64,000 nucleotides of DNA, from positions 752-64,751 of the forward strand of contig JAZUHB010000045.1 in assembly GCA_045641505.1 (NCBI GenBank), in the 5' to 3' direction. A program made the position numbers and the translations under genes. The notes under the pieces were generated by a model. The model was given only the letters and a program-made list of their open reading frames with translations, was not told where the DNA came from and searched no databases. Positions within the stretch are counted from its first letter, which is position 1; the number at the start of each line of letters is the position of its first letter. Of the stretch, positions 8,254 to 16,418 are shown one piece after another. The stretch comes from Bianqueaceae bacterium (GTDB lineage Bacteria > Bacillota > Clostridia > Lachnospirales > Bianqueaceae).

Positions 8254-9759
8254 TCAGGAGAAAAGTTTTTCGATTTCTTTCAGAGTCTCTTCCGCCAGCA
8301 TGTAGCCGCCCTCGTGGCCGACATAGCCGCTGGAGATATAGGCGGAATAGTGGCCGCCCTTCTCCGCCTTTTCGGTGGGAAGGTAGCCCAGCGCGTCACA
8401 GGAAAGCTGCACCAGGAAGGTCTGCGCGGCCTTGCTGCGGGCGCGGATCACGTTGGCGAAGTCGAGGAAGAGCTCGAAGGGGTTGGTGGCGAAGGCCAGA
8501 TCGCCGAAGCGGACCACGTGGACCTCGGAGGGCACGATGCTCTCCTTCTGCTGGACCTCGTAGCGGGCCAGCGTGCCGGCGTGGACGTGCATGCGCGCGG
8601 CCGTCTGATAGTCGACCTCCTTGCCCTTGTTCTCGACGAGGAAGCGGTCGATGACCTTCTTGGCCTCCTTGTATTCCTTCTCGGAAACGCGGCGGAGGGG
8701 CAGAGGCAGCTTGAGCGTCTCGTGCTTCAGGACCGCTTCGCCCTGAGGCTCCAGCTCCTCTTCCTCGAGGATAGCCAGAATCTCGCCGACGATGCGGCGG
8801 CCGATGCGCCAGGTGCCGGCGACGTCGAACATGGAGGGGTCGGCCCGGTGGACGGGCGGATTGGGACGCCAGATGTTCGGGTCCTCGATGGGGGTCTCGG
8901 GCTCGATCCAGCGGATCAGGTCGCGGGGGCACTGGTCGCCGGCGGGCGAGCAGAGGCCGAGCACCTTGAAGTCCTCGCCGAACTTCCGGCGGAGCAGGAT
9001 CTTCACCTTGCCCCAGTAGTCGGAGGAGATCTCGTAGCGCTGCTCCATGACCTGGGAGGGGCAGGAGAGATTGACGATCACGCCGTTCATCTTCTGCTTC
9101 TCGTCATAGGTGAAGAGAAGCTCCATGCCGTTGTCGTTGCCGCCCTCCAGGGAGAAGAAATCGTCCCGGTAGGCGTCGCCCCACATCGCGGCGTGACCGT
9201 CCTGATAGACGACGCGGCGGCACATTCCGACCGCGGCGCGGCCGAACGCGGGGGCGAAATAGCCCGGGCGGCGGCCCTGCCATGCGCGGACGATCGCGTC
9301 CGTCACCTTCTCCACCAGGAAGTCGGTGGCCTCGCGGGCGGTCATCAGACCGTCGCGCAGAATGCTGCCCTCGCCCTCCAGAGAGGCGGTCAGGCCGAGC
9401 TCGGTCGCGAGGATATCGAGGGTGGCGCCCATCGTATCGGGCGGCTCGGGGCTGAAGGAGTTATGGGTATGGGTGGCGTGGCAGATGATCTTCGAGACGT
9501 CCAGATCGGGGCAGGCCTCGGCGACCTTCTTCCGGACTTCATCCATCCAGAAGCGGTAGACCATCGTATTGTCAGTGGAGCAGATGACCAGCTGCTCGCC
9601 GTCGGATTCGACGGCCCAGGCGGTCGCGGTGATGGGGGTCTCGACGCTCTGGGAGATCCGTTCGTAGAACTGTCCCTCCAGCTTGATGCGGCGCCCGTAG
9701 GGCGTCATGTCGGTCTCGGCCCAGCCCATCTTGATCGTGCTAGCAAGAGTCTTTTTCAT
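8254..9759 (-). CDS. uncharacterised hydrolase, neutral/alkaline ceramidase N-terminal-domain-like
   Basis: GWAETDMTP...ICHATHTHNS motif pattern. Start chosen at the ATG preceded by GGAGGG; the ORF is open to 9780. Confidence 0.6.
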   Translation of the reverse strand: MKKTLASTIKMGWAETDMTPYGRRIKLEGQFYERISQSVETPITATAWAVESDGEQLVICSTDNTMVYRFWMDEVRKKVAEACPDLDVSKIICHATHTHNSFSPEPPDTMGATLDILATELGLTASLEGEGSILRDGLMTAREATDFLVEKVTDAIVRAWQGRRPGYFAPAFGRAAVGMCRRVVYQDGHAAMWGDAYRDDFFSLEGGNDNGMELLFTYDEKQKMNGVIVNLSCPSQVMEQRYEISSDYWGKVKILLRRKFGEDFKVLGLCSPAGDQCPRDLIRWIEPETPIEDPNIWRPNPPVHRADPSMFDVAGTWRIGRRIVGEILAILEEEELEPQGEAVLKHETLKLPLPLRRVSEKEYKEAKKVIDRFLVENKGKEVDYQTAARMHVHAGTLARYEVQQKESIVPSEVHVVRFGDLAFATNPFELFLDFANVIRARSKAAQTFLVQLSCDALGYLPTEKAEKGGHYSAYISSGYVGHEGGYMLAEETLKEIEKLFS

Positions 9760-9786
9760 TTTCCGACCCTCCGGTTTCATAGTATT

Positions 9787-11514
9787 TCAGTGCATGATGA
9801 TTTCGATTTCTTCCAGCTGGACGAAGAACGCGTCCTCGGTATGCTGCCAGCTCGTGCGGAGCTCCTTGAAGAAGACGCGCACGTATTTCGTGGCGACCGG
9901 CTCGAACGCGATTTCGAGCGGCGGATTCTCGTCGCGGCTGATCTCGGTCACATCGTCGGGATAGACCTGGGCCTCGACCCGAAGCTCGCCGACCTGCCGC
10001 CAGGTCTCGCCGTCATCGGAGACCTCGACCACGATGTGGCGGGGCAGTCCGTAGAGCTCGTGGAAGACCTCGTCGACCTCGTTGCGGGCGTAGAGCAGGA
10101 CCTTGTCGATCTCCCAGACGTAGGGAAGCTCGAAGACCACCCACTCGGGATAATCGGGCGAGGGCGCGCCGGTACCGGTGAGGATGGTCGCCCACTCCTC
10201 GGTGCCGAACTCGTAGTAGTTGCTCCAGCCGCCGTAGTTCAGCGTACCGTTGTTGATGCCGGCAAGGCTCCAGCCCCAGCCGGGATGCTCGCAGGAGCTC
10301 GAGGCGTAGGTGGGGACGTTCAGCGCCACGTTGTCGCCGGAGGAATACTGATCTTCCTTGATCACGTACTTCTCCAGGTCGGCCGCGGAGCCGGTGAGCT
10401 CGTAGAAGACGCGGCCGGTCGCGGTGGGCTTGAAGCCCGCGCGGGGCTCGCAGATCATGCCGTAGCGCTCCTCTCCGTCGGTGAAGAGGCGGTAGTACTG
10501 CACGGATTCGATGTAGTCGAGGGCCTTCGCCTGCGCGTAGACGTCGCGCATCCAGGCGGACGCGTCGGCATCCTGCTCCTCCGTGCCGGCGGTGAAGCCG
10601 ATCTCGGAGATGAACGCGTGGCGGCCTTCGTCGCCGTACTTCTCCGCGATGCCGTAGAGGCGCTCGCAGGCCTCGGTAAAGCCCGCGCCGGGGTTCTCGT
10701 CGAAGGCGAAATCCCAGGCCAGCGCGCCGAAGAAATCGTCCACATTCGCGGAGCCGCGCTCGCCGCCGGTGATTTCGGCGTAGAGGGCGTCGAGATACTC
10801 GGCCGCCTCCTCGGAGGCCGCGTCGGAGAAATCAGGCAGGATCACGAGGGCACGGCTGCCGGCCTCGCGGAGTCCCTTCGTCACGCGGAAGCAGATATCC
10901 GCGGTAATCTGGGCCTTTTCCTCGACGGAATAGCCGGGAACGGGGGATTTCTCCTCCTTCCAGCCCATCGGATGCAGATACAGGTCCTCGTTCAGATGAT
11001 GGCCGATCTGCCAGTACTCCACCTCGGAGTACTCGCTGCCCAGAAGCTTCGCCATCGCCTCGACCTCGTCGAGGAAGGAGAGATACTCGCCGTCCTCAAG
11101 GTCCGGTTCGGGGCTGTAATGGCCCAGAACGCCCTCCAGCGGCAGCATCGCCTGCTGGACCACCACCTGGTCGATGCCCGAGTAGAGCAGGGACTGGCAG
11201 AGGCCGTGGAGACGGGTGCGGGCGTCCTCGGAAAAGGTCGTCGCAGTCTCCAGGCAATAGGCGCAGATCCGGACGCTCTCCGCGCCCAGGGCCATGGCCA
11301 TGTAGGCCACCTGGGCGGTGGAGAGACGGTCGCTCATCTGGGCCTCCACGTAGTTCAGACCGTAGAGATAATGCTCGGTGCGGAGGATCTTCTCCTCGCC
11401 GGATTCCTCCTGCGGCAGGACCGAGCCGCTCTCTTCGCCGGTGCCGGGCTTACAGCCGGCCAGGCAGCCGAGGAGCAGGGAGAGCGCCAGCAGAAGCGCT
11501 AAGCTTTTCTTCAT
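9787..11514 (-). CDS. lipoprotein: clan GH-A-like (beta/alpha)8 domain fused to a C-terminal F5/8 type C (discoidin) domain
   Basis: Lipobox LLGCLAGC. Paralogous to the next two genes (FISEIGFTAG nucleophile-like motif). C-terminus has WVVFELPYVWEIDKVLLY...ATKYVRVFF. Confidence 0.8.
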   Translation of the reverse strand: MKKSLALLLALSLLLGCLAGCKPGTGEESGSVLPQEESGEEKILRTEHYLYGLNYVEAQMSDRLSTAQVAYMAMALGAESVRICAYCLETATTFSEDARTRLHGLCQSLLYSGIDQVVVQQAMLPLEGVLGHYSPEPDLEDGEYLSFLDEVEAMAKLLGSEYSEVEYWQIGHHLNEDLYLHPMGWKEEKSPVPGYSVEEKAQITADICFRVTKGLREAGSRALVILPDFSDAASEEAAEYLDALYAEITGGERGSANVDDFFGALAWDFAFDENPGAGFTEACERLYGIAEKYGDEGRHAFISEIGFTAGTEEQDADASAWMRDVYAQAKALDYIESVQYYRLFTDGEERYGMICEPRAGFKPTATGRVFYELTGSAADLEKYVIKEDQYSSGDNVALNVPTYASSSCEHPGWGWSLAGINNGTLNYGGWSNYYEFGTEEWATILTGTGAPSPDYPEWVVFELPYVWEIDKVLLYARNEVDEVFHELYGLPRHIVVEVSDDGETWRQVGELRVEAQVYPDDVTEISRDENPPLEIAFEPVATKYVRVFFKELRTSWQHTEDAFFVQLEEIEIIMH

Positions 11515-11517
11515 CGC

Positions 11518-12900
11518 TTATTCGTCCTCTTCGTCCAGAGGCATGTAGAACTTCCAGAGGTCGCCGGTACCGCCGGTCATCTTCTGGTAAGCCTCGCCCT
11601 TGTGCTTCGGACCGAAACCGTCCTCGGGCTGGTTGATCAGACCGTAGCGGTCCTCACCGCGGGAGGTATCGGTGAACATGCGGTAGTAGTGGAGGCTCTC
11701 CACGTAGGGCATGTACTTCTTGATCATGTCGTAGGCAGCGACCATCCACTCGGCCTGCTGCAGGTCGGCACGCTCGTTGCCGCCGTCGGAGTAGCCCATC
11801 TCGGTCAGGTAGACGGGGATGCCGGCGTCGCCGTGATTGACCGCCACCATGTAGACGCGGTTGTTGTTGGAGACCCAGTTCAGGTCGACCGCGGAGCTCC
11901 AGCAGTAGGGATGCCAGGCCAGGGCGTCGAAGAAGTCGCTGCGCTTGGTGCTGCCCCAGTCGCCGCTCTCGATGTTCTGGTAGATGAACTCGAGGTAGTC
12001 GGTCATGGAGATGCCGTCCATGCCGTCGGAGGGCGCCATGGCGGGCAGAAGCATCGTCGCCTTGCTGCCGGCGCGGCGCGCGCTCTTCATGGTGAGCTGG
12101 ATCAGGTCGGTGGAGATGTCGGCCTTCTCCTTCAGGGTGAAGGCGTCGCCGCCGGTGCCGTCCAGGTTATAGTCGGTGGGGTTCAGGGCGCCGGTGTGGT
12201 TCCACTCGTTGCCGAGCTCCCAGTAATCGACCTCGGGGAATTCCTTGATGACCATGTAGGTCATGTCTTCCCAGTTCTGAAGCGCTTTCATGTAGTTGGA
12301 GCCGGCCGTCAGGTTGCGGCGGGGGATGAAGGTCGTGAGGCCGCCCTTTTCGGGGCTCTCGAAGCTGTAGAAGGTGAAGATGACCTGGATGCCGGCGCTC
12401 TTCAGCTTGCCGACCAGATCATGCAGACGCTCGACGCGCCAGCTGTCCATCGCGTGGCTGGAGGTGATGCAGGACGCCCACACACGGACGCTGCGGCAGC
12501 CCAAGGATTTGATCAGGTACACGGCCTGCTCGACCGTGACACGGTTGTTCATCTGGTCCTCGACGTAGCCCACGCCGTAGAAGTACTGGTGGTCGACGTT
12601 GTAGACGATGCCGGAGGGCAGGCACACCTCAGGCATTTCCATCGCGGTTCCGCTCTCTTCACCGGAGCCGCTCTCCGTGTTTCCGCTCTGGGCGGATTCC
12701 TCGCCGGGGTCGGTCGCCTGGGAGGTCTCTTCCTCGCCGCCCTTGCTCTCGGTCCCGGAGTTGCTCTCCTGACCGGACGCGGTGCTCTCGTTCACAGAGC
12801 CGCTCTCCTCGCCGCCGGGCTTCTTGCAGCCGGCAAGCGCCGGGAGCATCATGGCCGAAACGAGCAGAAGCGCTAACAGTTTCGCTGCAGTCTTTTTCAT
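11518..12900 (-). CDS. lipoprotein, clan GH-A-like glycoside hydrolase (family not assignable by eye)
   Basis: Lipobox LPALAGC, Ser/Glu-rich stalk, YWELGNEWNH (acid/base-like), YLTEMGYSD (nucleophile-like). Confidence 0.75.
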   Translation of the reverse strand: MKKTAAKLLALLLVSAMMLPALAGCKKPGGEESGSVNESTASGQESNSGTESKGGEEETSQATDPGEESAQSGNTESGSGEESGTAMEMPEVCLPSGIVYNVDHQYFYGVGYVEDQMNNRVTVEQAVYLIKSLGCRSVRVWASCITSSHAMDSWRVERLHDLVGKLKSAGIQVIFTFYSFESPEKGGLTTFIPRRNLTAGSNYMKALQNWEDMTYMVIKEFPEVDYWELGNEWNHTGALNPTDYNLDGTGGDAFTLKEKADISTDLIQLTMKSARRAGSKATMLLPAMAPSDGMDGISMTDYLEFIYQNIESGDWGSTKRSDFFDALAWHPYCWSSAVDLNWVSNNNRVYMVAVNHGDAGIPVYLTEMGYSDGGNERADLQQAEWMVAAYDMIKKYMPYVESLHYYRMFTDTSRGEDRYGLINQPEDGFGPKHKGEAYQKMTGGTGDLWKFYMPLDEEDE

Positions 12901-12912
12901 GGTTGGTCTCCT

Positions 12913-14040
12913 TTACCGTGACAGGTCGCCCTGTCCGCCATATTGGTTCTGCAATTCGTAAGCACGCTTTTTTGCGTGCAGTTTCCCATTTTCGAGTCTG
13001 TAGAAGGAATACGTGTCCTTCGCGTCGGTGACGTAGCCTAAGCTGTCGCACAGCCGGTAGGCGTGGACCGTGGATACGAAGGGCATCTTCTCCCGGATCA
13101 GGGAGAAGCCCGCCCGGGTGATGGGCACGAGGGACTCGTCGTCCTCGGCGCCCCAGTCGTTGTAGCCGTACTCGGAGAGCACGCAGGGGATGCCCCCGTC
13201 GCCGTGCTTCTCCGCGATTTCATAAATCGAGCGGTTGAGCTCGACCCAGTCGTCGTCGGGCATCGCCCAGTACCACTCGCCCTTTTCGTTCTGCTTGGCG
13301 TAGTAGGGATGCCAGCAGAGGGCGTCGAAGAAGTCCCGGGGATCGGTCGTTCCCCACGCGCCGCTTTCGATGTTTTGGTAGACCCGCTCCATCGATTCGT
13401 TGATGCCGCTGTACTCCGCGGCGATCGAGTAGGCGATGACGCCCTCGGAATCGCCGGAAACCGGAGCCAGGCCCGGCATGACCACGCGCGCGGCGGGGTT
13501 CTCGGCCCGCACGGCCCGGCAGGCGCGCTGCATCAGGTCGGTCATGATGTCGATGCGCTCGGCCCAGAAAAAGTCCGTGCCGTCCATCCGTTTGAGGAAG
13601 GCCTTGTGGTTCAGCTCGTTGCCGACCTCCCAGTCGGTGACCTCCGGGAACTCGCGCACCATCGTGTGCCAGCTCCGCTCATAGAGGTCCAGGAACTCCC
13701 GGTAGAGGGAGCCCTCCGTGAGGTCCCGGTCATAGACGCAGGAGCACTCGCGGCCGCGCAGCGCCTCCTCGGGGAAGAGCCAGTAGTGGTTCATCGCCAC
13801 CGTCTGCTCGATCCCGTGAGCCAGGAGAACGCGGTACATCTCGTGGTAACGGTCCGCGACCTCGCGCTTCACCGTGTCGGCGTCCTCGAGGAGCCAGGTG
13901 ATGTGCTGCCAGATGCGGACGCTTTTCACGCCCAGCTTTTCCATCTCCTCCGCGGCATGGACCGGACAGAGCTCGTCCATCGTGTAGTAATACACGTAGC
14001 ACATGCCGTTCAGGAACGGACGTTCCTTCCGCTTAGTCAT
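12913..14040 (-). CDS. cytoplasmic clan GH-A-like glycoside hydrolase, paralogue without signal peptide
   Basis: DWEVGNELNH and LSEYGYND. Start moved to the ATG at 14040, which overlaps the stop of the upstream gene by 8 nt; the track ORF extends to 14109. Confidence 0.7.
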   Translation of the reverse strand: MTKRKERPFLNGMCYVYYYTMDELCPVHAAEEMEKLGVKSVRIWQHITWLLEDADTVKREVADRYHEMYRVLLAHGIEQTVAMNHYWLFPEEALRGRECSCVYDRDLTEGSLYREFLDLYERSWHTMVREFPEVTDWEVGNELNHKAFLKRMDGTDFFWAERIDIMTDLMQRACRAVRAENPAARVVMPGLAPVSGDSEGVIAYSIAAEYSGINESMERVYQNIESGAWGTTDPRDFFDALCWHPYYAKQNEKGEWYWAMPDDDWVELNRSIYEIAEKHGDGGIPCVLSEYGYNDWGAEDDESLVPITRAGFSLIREKMPFVSTVHAYRLCDSLGYVTDAKDTYSFYRLENGKLHAKKRAYELQNQYGGQGDLSR

Positions 14041-15601
14041 AGCGGTCCGCGATGATCTTCTGCAGTTTCGCATAGCCGTCGGATTCCGCCATCTCCCGCA
14101 TTTTGGCAAGGCCCGCTTCCACGGTGGCCGAACCGGAGATGATGCGGATGGAATAGGTCAGGATCCGGTCGTAGACGCGGGAATAGATCGTCGCATACTC
14201 GATGCCGAGGGACAGGGTGTCCGTCGGGAAGTTGCGCTTGAGGTTCTGCTGAGAGTAGCGGAGGCTCTTCTCAGCCAGCTCGGGCTCGCGGAAAATGCTC
14301 TTGGAGGTGTAGTCCACCAGGTGATTGTCCTCGAGCTTCACACGGCCGCCCCAGTGGGCGCCGATGTTGAAGAGGTCACGGGGCTTGCCGTCCTCGGAGA
14401 TGCCGAAGCCGCCGCTCGCGATGCGGGCCTCGAAGTTCGGAACGATCTCGCCGTTCTCATCGAGGTCGTAGTGCACGCCCTTGATGCCGTAGAGGCGCTC
14501 CGCGGAGCCCTCCTCGCTGTACATGTAGTCCAGGAACTTCACGAGACGGTAGGGCTCCTCGGCATCGTAGGCGATGCTCCAGCCGCCCCACCAGTCGCCG
14601 TTGGTAAGATAACCGCCGCGGGCCGCTCCGTCGGGCATGGGCAGCACGTCGACCACCGCGTTCGCATCGAGCTTGGCGATGGTGAAGGTGATGCCGCCGG
14701 TCGTCCGGCCGCCGTTGTAGAGCATGCAGCCGCACTTGCCGTTATAGAAATCGTTGACCGCGTCGGAGTCCTCGTAGAGGAAGAACTCGTTCTTCAGATA
14801 GCCCTTCTGATAGAGGGACGCCATCCAGGTCAGGTACTCCTTGTAGGGCTCGGTGAAGGCATCGAGCTGCCACTCGCCGTTCGCGTCCTTGGACCAGCCG
14901 GGCTCGCAGCCGAAGCCGATCTTGAAATAGGAGAGCCAGTCGAAGACCTTGGAGGCCGCCATGCCGTAGGTGTCGTTCTTGCCGTTGCCGTCCGGATCGT
15001 CCTGGGTGAAGGCGCGGAGCATCTCCTCGAATTCCTCGATGGTGGTGGGCTGCTTCATGCCGAGCTTGTCCAGCCAGTCCTGACGCACGTAGATCGTGTT
15101 GTCGAAGGCGGTGTTGGGCGCGGGGATGAAGTAGAACTTCCCGTCGATCTTCAGATCCTGGAAGTTATCGCAGGAAAGCAGCGCGTAGAGGTTCGGGGTC
15201 TCCTCCTCGGTCACGTACTCGGAGATCGGCGTGACCAGGCCCTTCTTGACCATGTTGACGTAGGCCTCCATGTAGTTCGTGTCGTTCTGCACGAAGAAGA
15301 AGAGCTCGGGCATGTCGTTGGCGTTGGCGAGGAGCGCCATCGTCTCCATCCAGTCCGTGCCGGAGCCGTCGAACTTGAATTGGACGTTGAACATCTCCTC
15401 CCACTTCTTCACGATCTCGTGGGAGTCGTCGTAGACGCCCATGCCGTTGGCGTAGAGGGTGTAGGTCAGGTTCTTATCCGTGATGGTCTTGTCCACCTCG
15501 ATTTCCAGACTGCCGGGCTTTTTGCAGCCGGAGAGGGCAGAAAGGACAAGCAGGGACGCGAGCAGCGCCGAAAGAACTCTGCGCAGTTTGATTGATTTCA
15601 T
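14033..15601 (-). CDS. ABC transporter extracellular solute-binding lipoprotein (LplA-type, sugar)
   Basis: Lipobox LSALSGC. 522 aa, typical size and composition for family-1 sugar-binding proteins. Adjacent permeases. Confidence 0.85.
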   Translation of the reverse strand: MKSIKLRRVLSALLASLLVLSALSGCKKPGSLEIEVDKTITDKNLTYTLYANGMGVYDDSHEIVKKWEEMFNVQFKFDGSGTDWMETMALLANANDMPELFFFVQNDTNYMEAYVNMVKKGLVTPISEYVTEEETPNLYALLSCDNFQDLKIDGKFYFIPAPNTAFDNTIYVRQDWLDKLGMKQPTTIEEFEEMLRAFTQDDPDGNGKNDTYGMAASKVFDWLSYFKIGFGCEPGWSKDANGEWQLDAFTEPYKEYLTWMASLYQKGYLKNEFFLYEDSDAVNDFYNGKCGCMLYNGGRTTGGITFTIAKLDANAVVDVLPMPDGAARGGYLTNGDWWGGWSIAYDAEEPYRLVKFLDYMYSEEGSAERLYGIKGVHYDLDENGEIVPNFEARIASGGFGISEDGKPRDLFNIGAHWGGRVKLEDNHLVDYTSKSIFREPELAEKSLRYSQQNLKRNFPTDTLSLGIEYATIYSRVYDRILTYSIRIISGSATVEAGLAKMREMAESDGYAKLQKIIADRYD

Positions 15602-15622
15602 GGTTCTCGGGACCTTTCGGTT

Positions 15623-16414
15623 TTATCTGCCCCAGACCTCGATCTCCGTGAGGCCCACGCAATAGGCCAGATTCGGATCGATGGACTTGGTGCCTTTGGT
15701 AAAGTGGAAACGGACGAAGCGGGCCTCGGCGGCCTCGAAGGGGAAGCTCTGGTCCTTGCTGGTGATGTCCTGGAGGTAGTTCTCCTCGTTCACCACGACG
15801 GTCCAGGTCTCGCCGTCCGCGGAAATCTCGATCGTGAAGGCCGCGGGCATGCCGTGATCGCTCTGGCTGTAGAGGGTGCTGAAGTTCACCTTGTCGATCG
15901 TGAAGATGCCCTGCAGGTCGATGACCAGGGTCTCGTTCAGGTCCTTCTTCTTCCAGGTGACGGTGTTCTCGTCGATCTCGCCGCTGAACTCGCCCCAGCC
16001 GGGCTTCACATTGCAGGAGAGATAGGCGCCGACGTCGTCGAACATGGTCTGGTCAGAGGATTTCTCGCCGTCGAAGAGGTAGGCCTTGCCGTAGCCGCCG
16101 CCCCAGGCGCACTCCAGGGAGTGGTCGCACTTCACGTAATTGCCCTCGAGATCCCAGTCGTACATGGTCCACATGTCTTCGGGGTTCAGGTTGGGGAACG
16201 CCGGCAGGAAGGAGGCGCAGATGTTGCGGTATTCGGGGACGGGCTCGGTGCTCTCAGGCTCGCTTTCCGCGGGCGCGGTGCTCTCGTTCTTCGATTCCTG
16301 CGCGGTCTGGGACTCAGCGGGCTGCGATTCCTCACCGCCGCCGCCACAGCCGGCCACCGTCAACAGCATGACGGCGGCCAGCAGAAGGGCAAAAAGCTTA
16401 GTAAATTTCTTCAT
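15623..16414 (-). CDS. lipoprotein with a single F5/8 type C (discoidin)-like domain
   Basis: Lipobox LTVAGC, acidic stalk, LVIDLQGIFTIDKVNF...FTIEISADGETWTVV...ARFVRFHF...LTEIEVWG. Confidence 0.8.
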   Translation of the reverse strand: MKKFTKLFALLLAAVMLLTVAGCGGGGEESQPAESQTAQESKNESTAPAESEPESTEPVPEYRNICASFLPAFPNLNPEDMWTMYDWDLEGNYVKCDHSLECAWGGGYGKAYLFDGEKSSDQTMFDDVGAYLSCNVKPGWGEFSGEIDENTVTWKKKDLNETLVIDLQGIFTIDKVNFSTLYSQSDHGMPAAFTIEISADGETWTVVVNEENYLQDITSKDQSFPFEAAEARFVRFHFTKGTKSIDPNLAYCVGLTEIEVWGR

Positions 16415-16418
16415 GATT

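Noticed and set aside
8314-11502. 1,062-aa plus-strand ORF, and similar long plus-strand ORFs at 30208..34029, 53050..55668, 55646..57979, 38007..39695, 39592..41112 and 14003..15595
   Set aside because: All are antisense to minus-strand genes with recognisable families. Several span multiple real genes, and their compositions are characteristic of GC3 shadow frames.
12913-14109. 398-aa version of the cytoplasmic hydrolase
   Set aside because: The first 23 codons overlap the binding-protein gene and encode an Arg/Cys-rich peptide. The ATG at 14040 gives the usual short overlap with the upstream stop.
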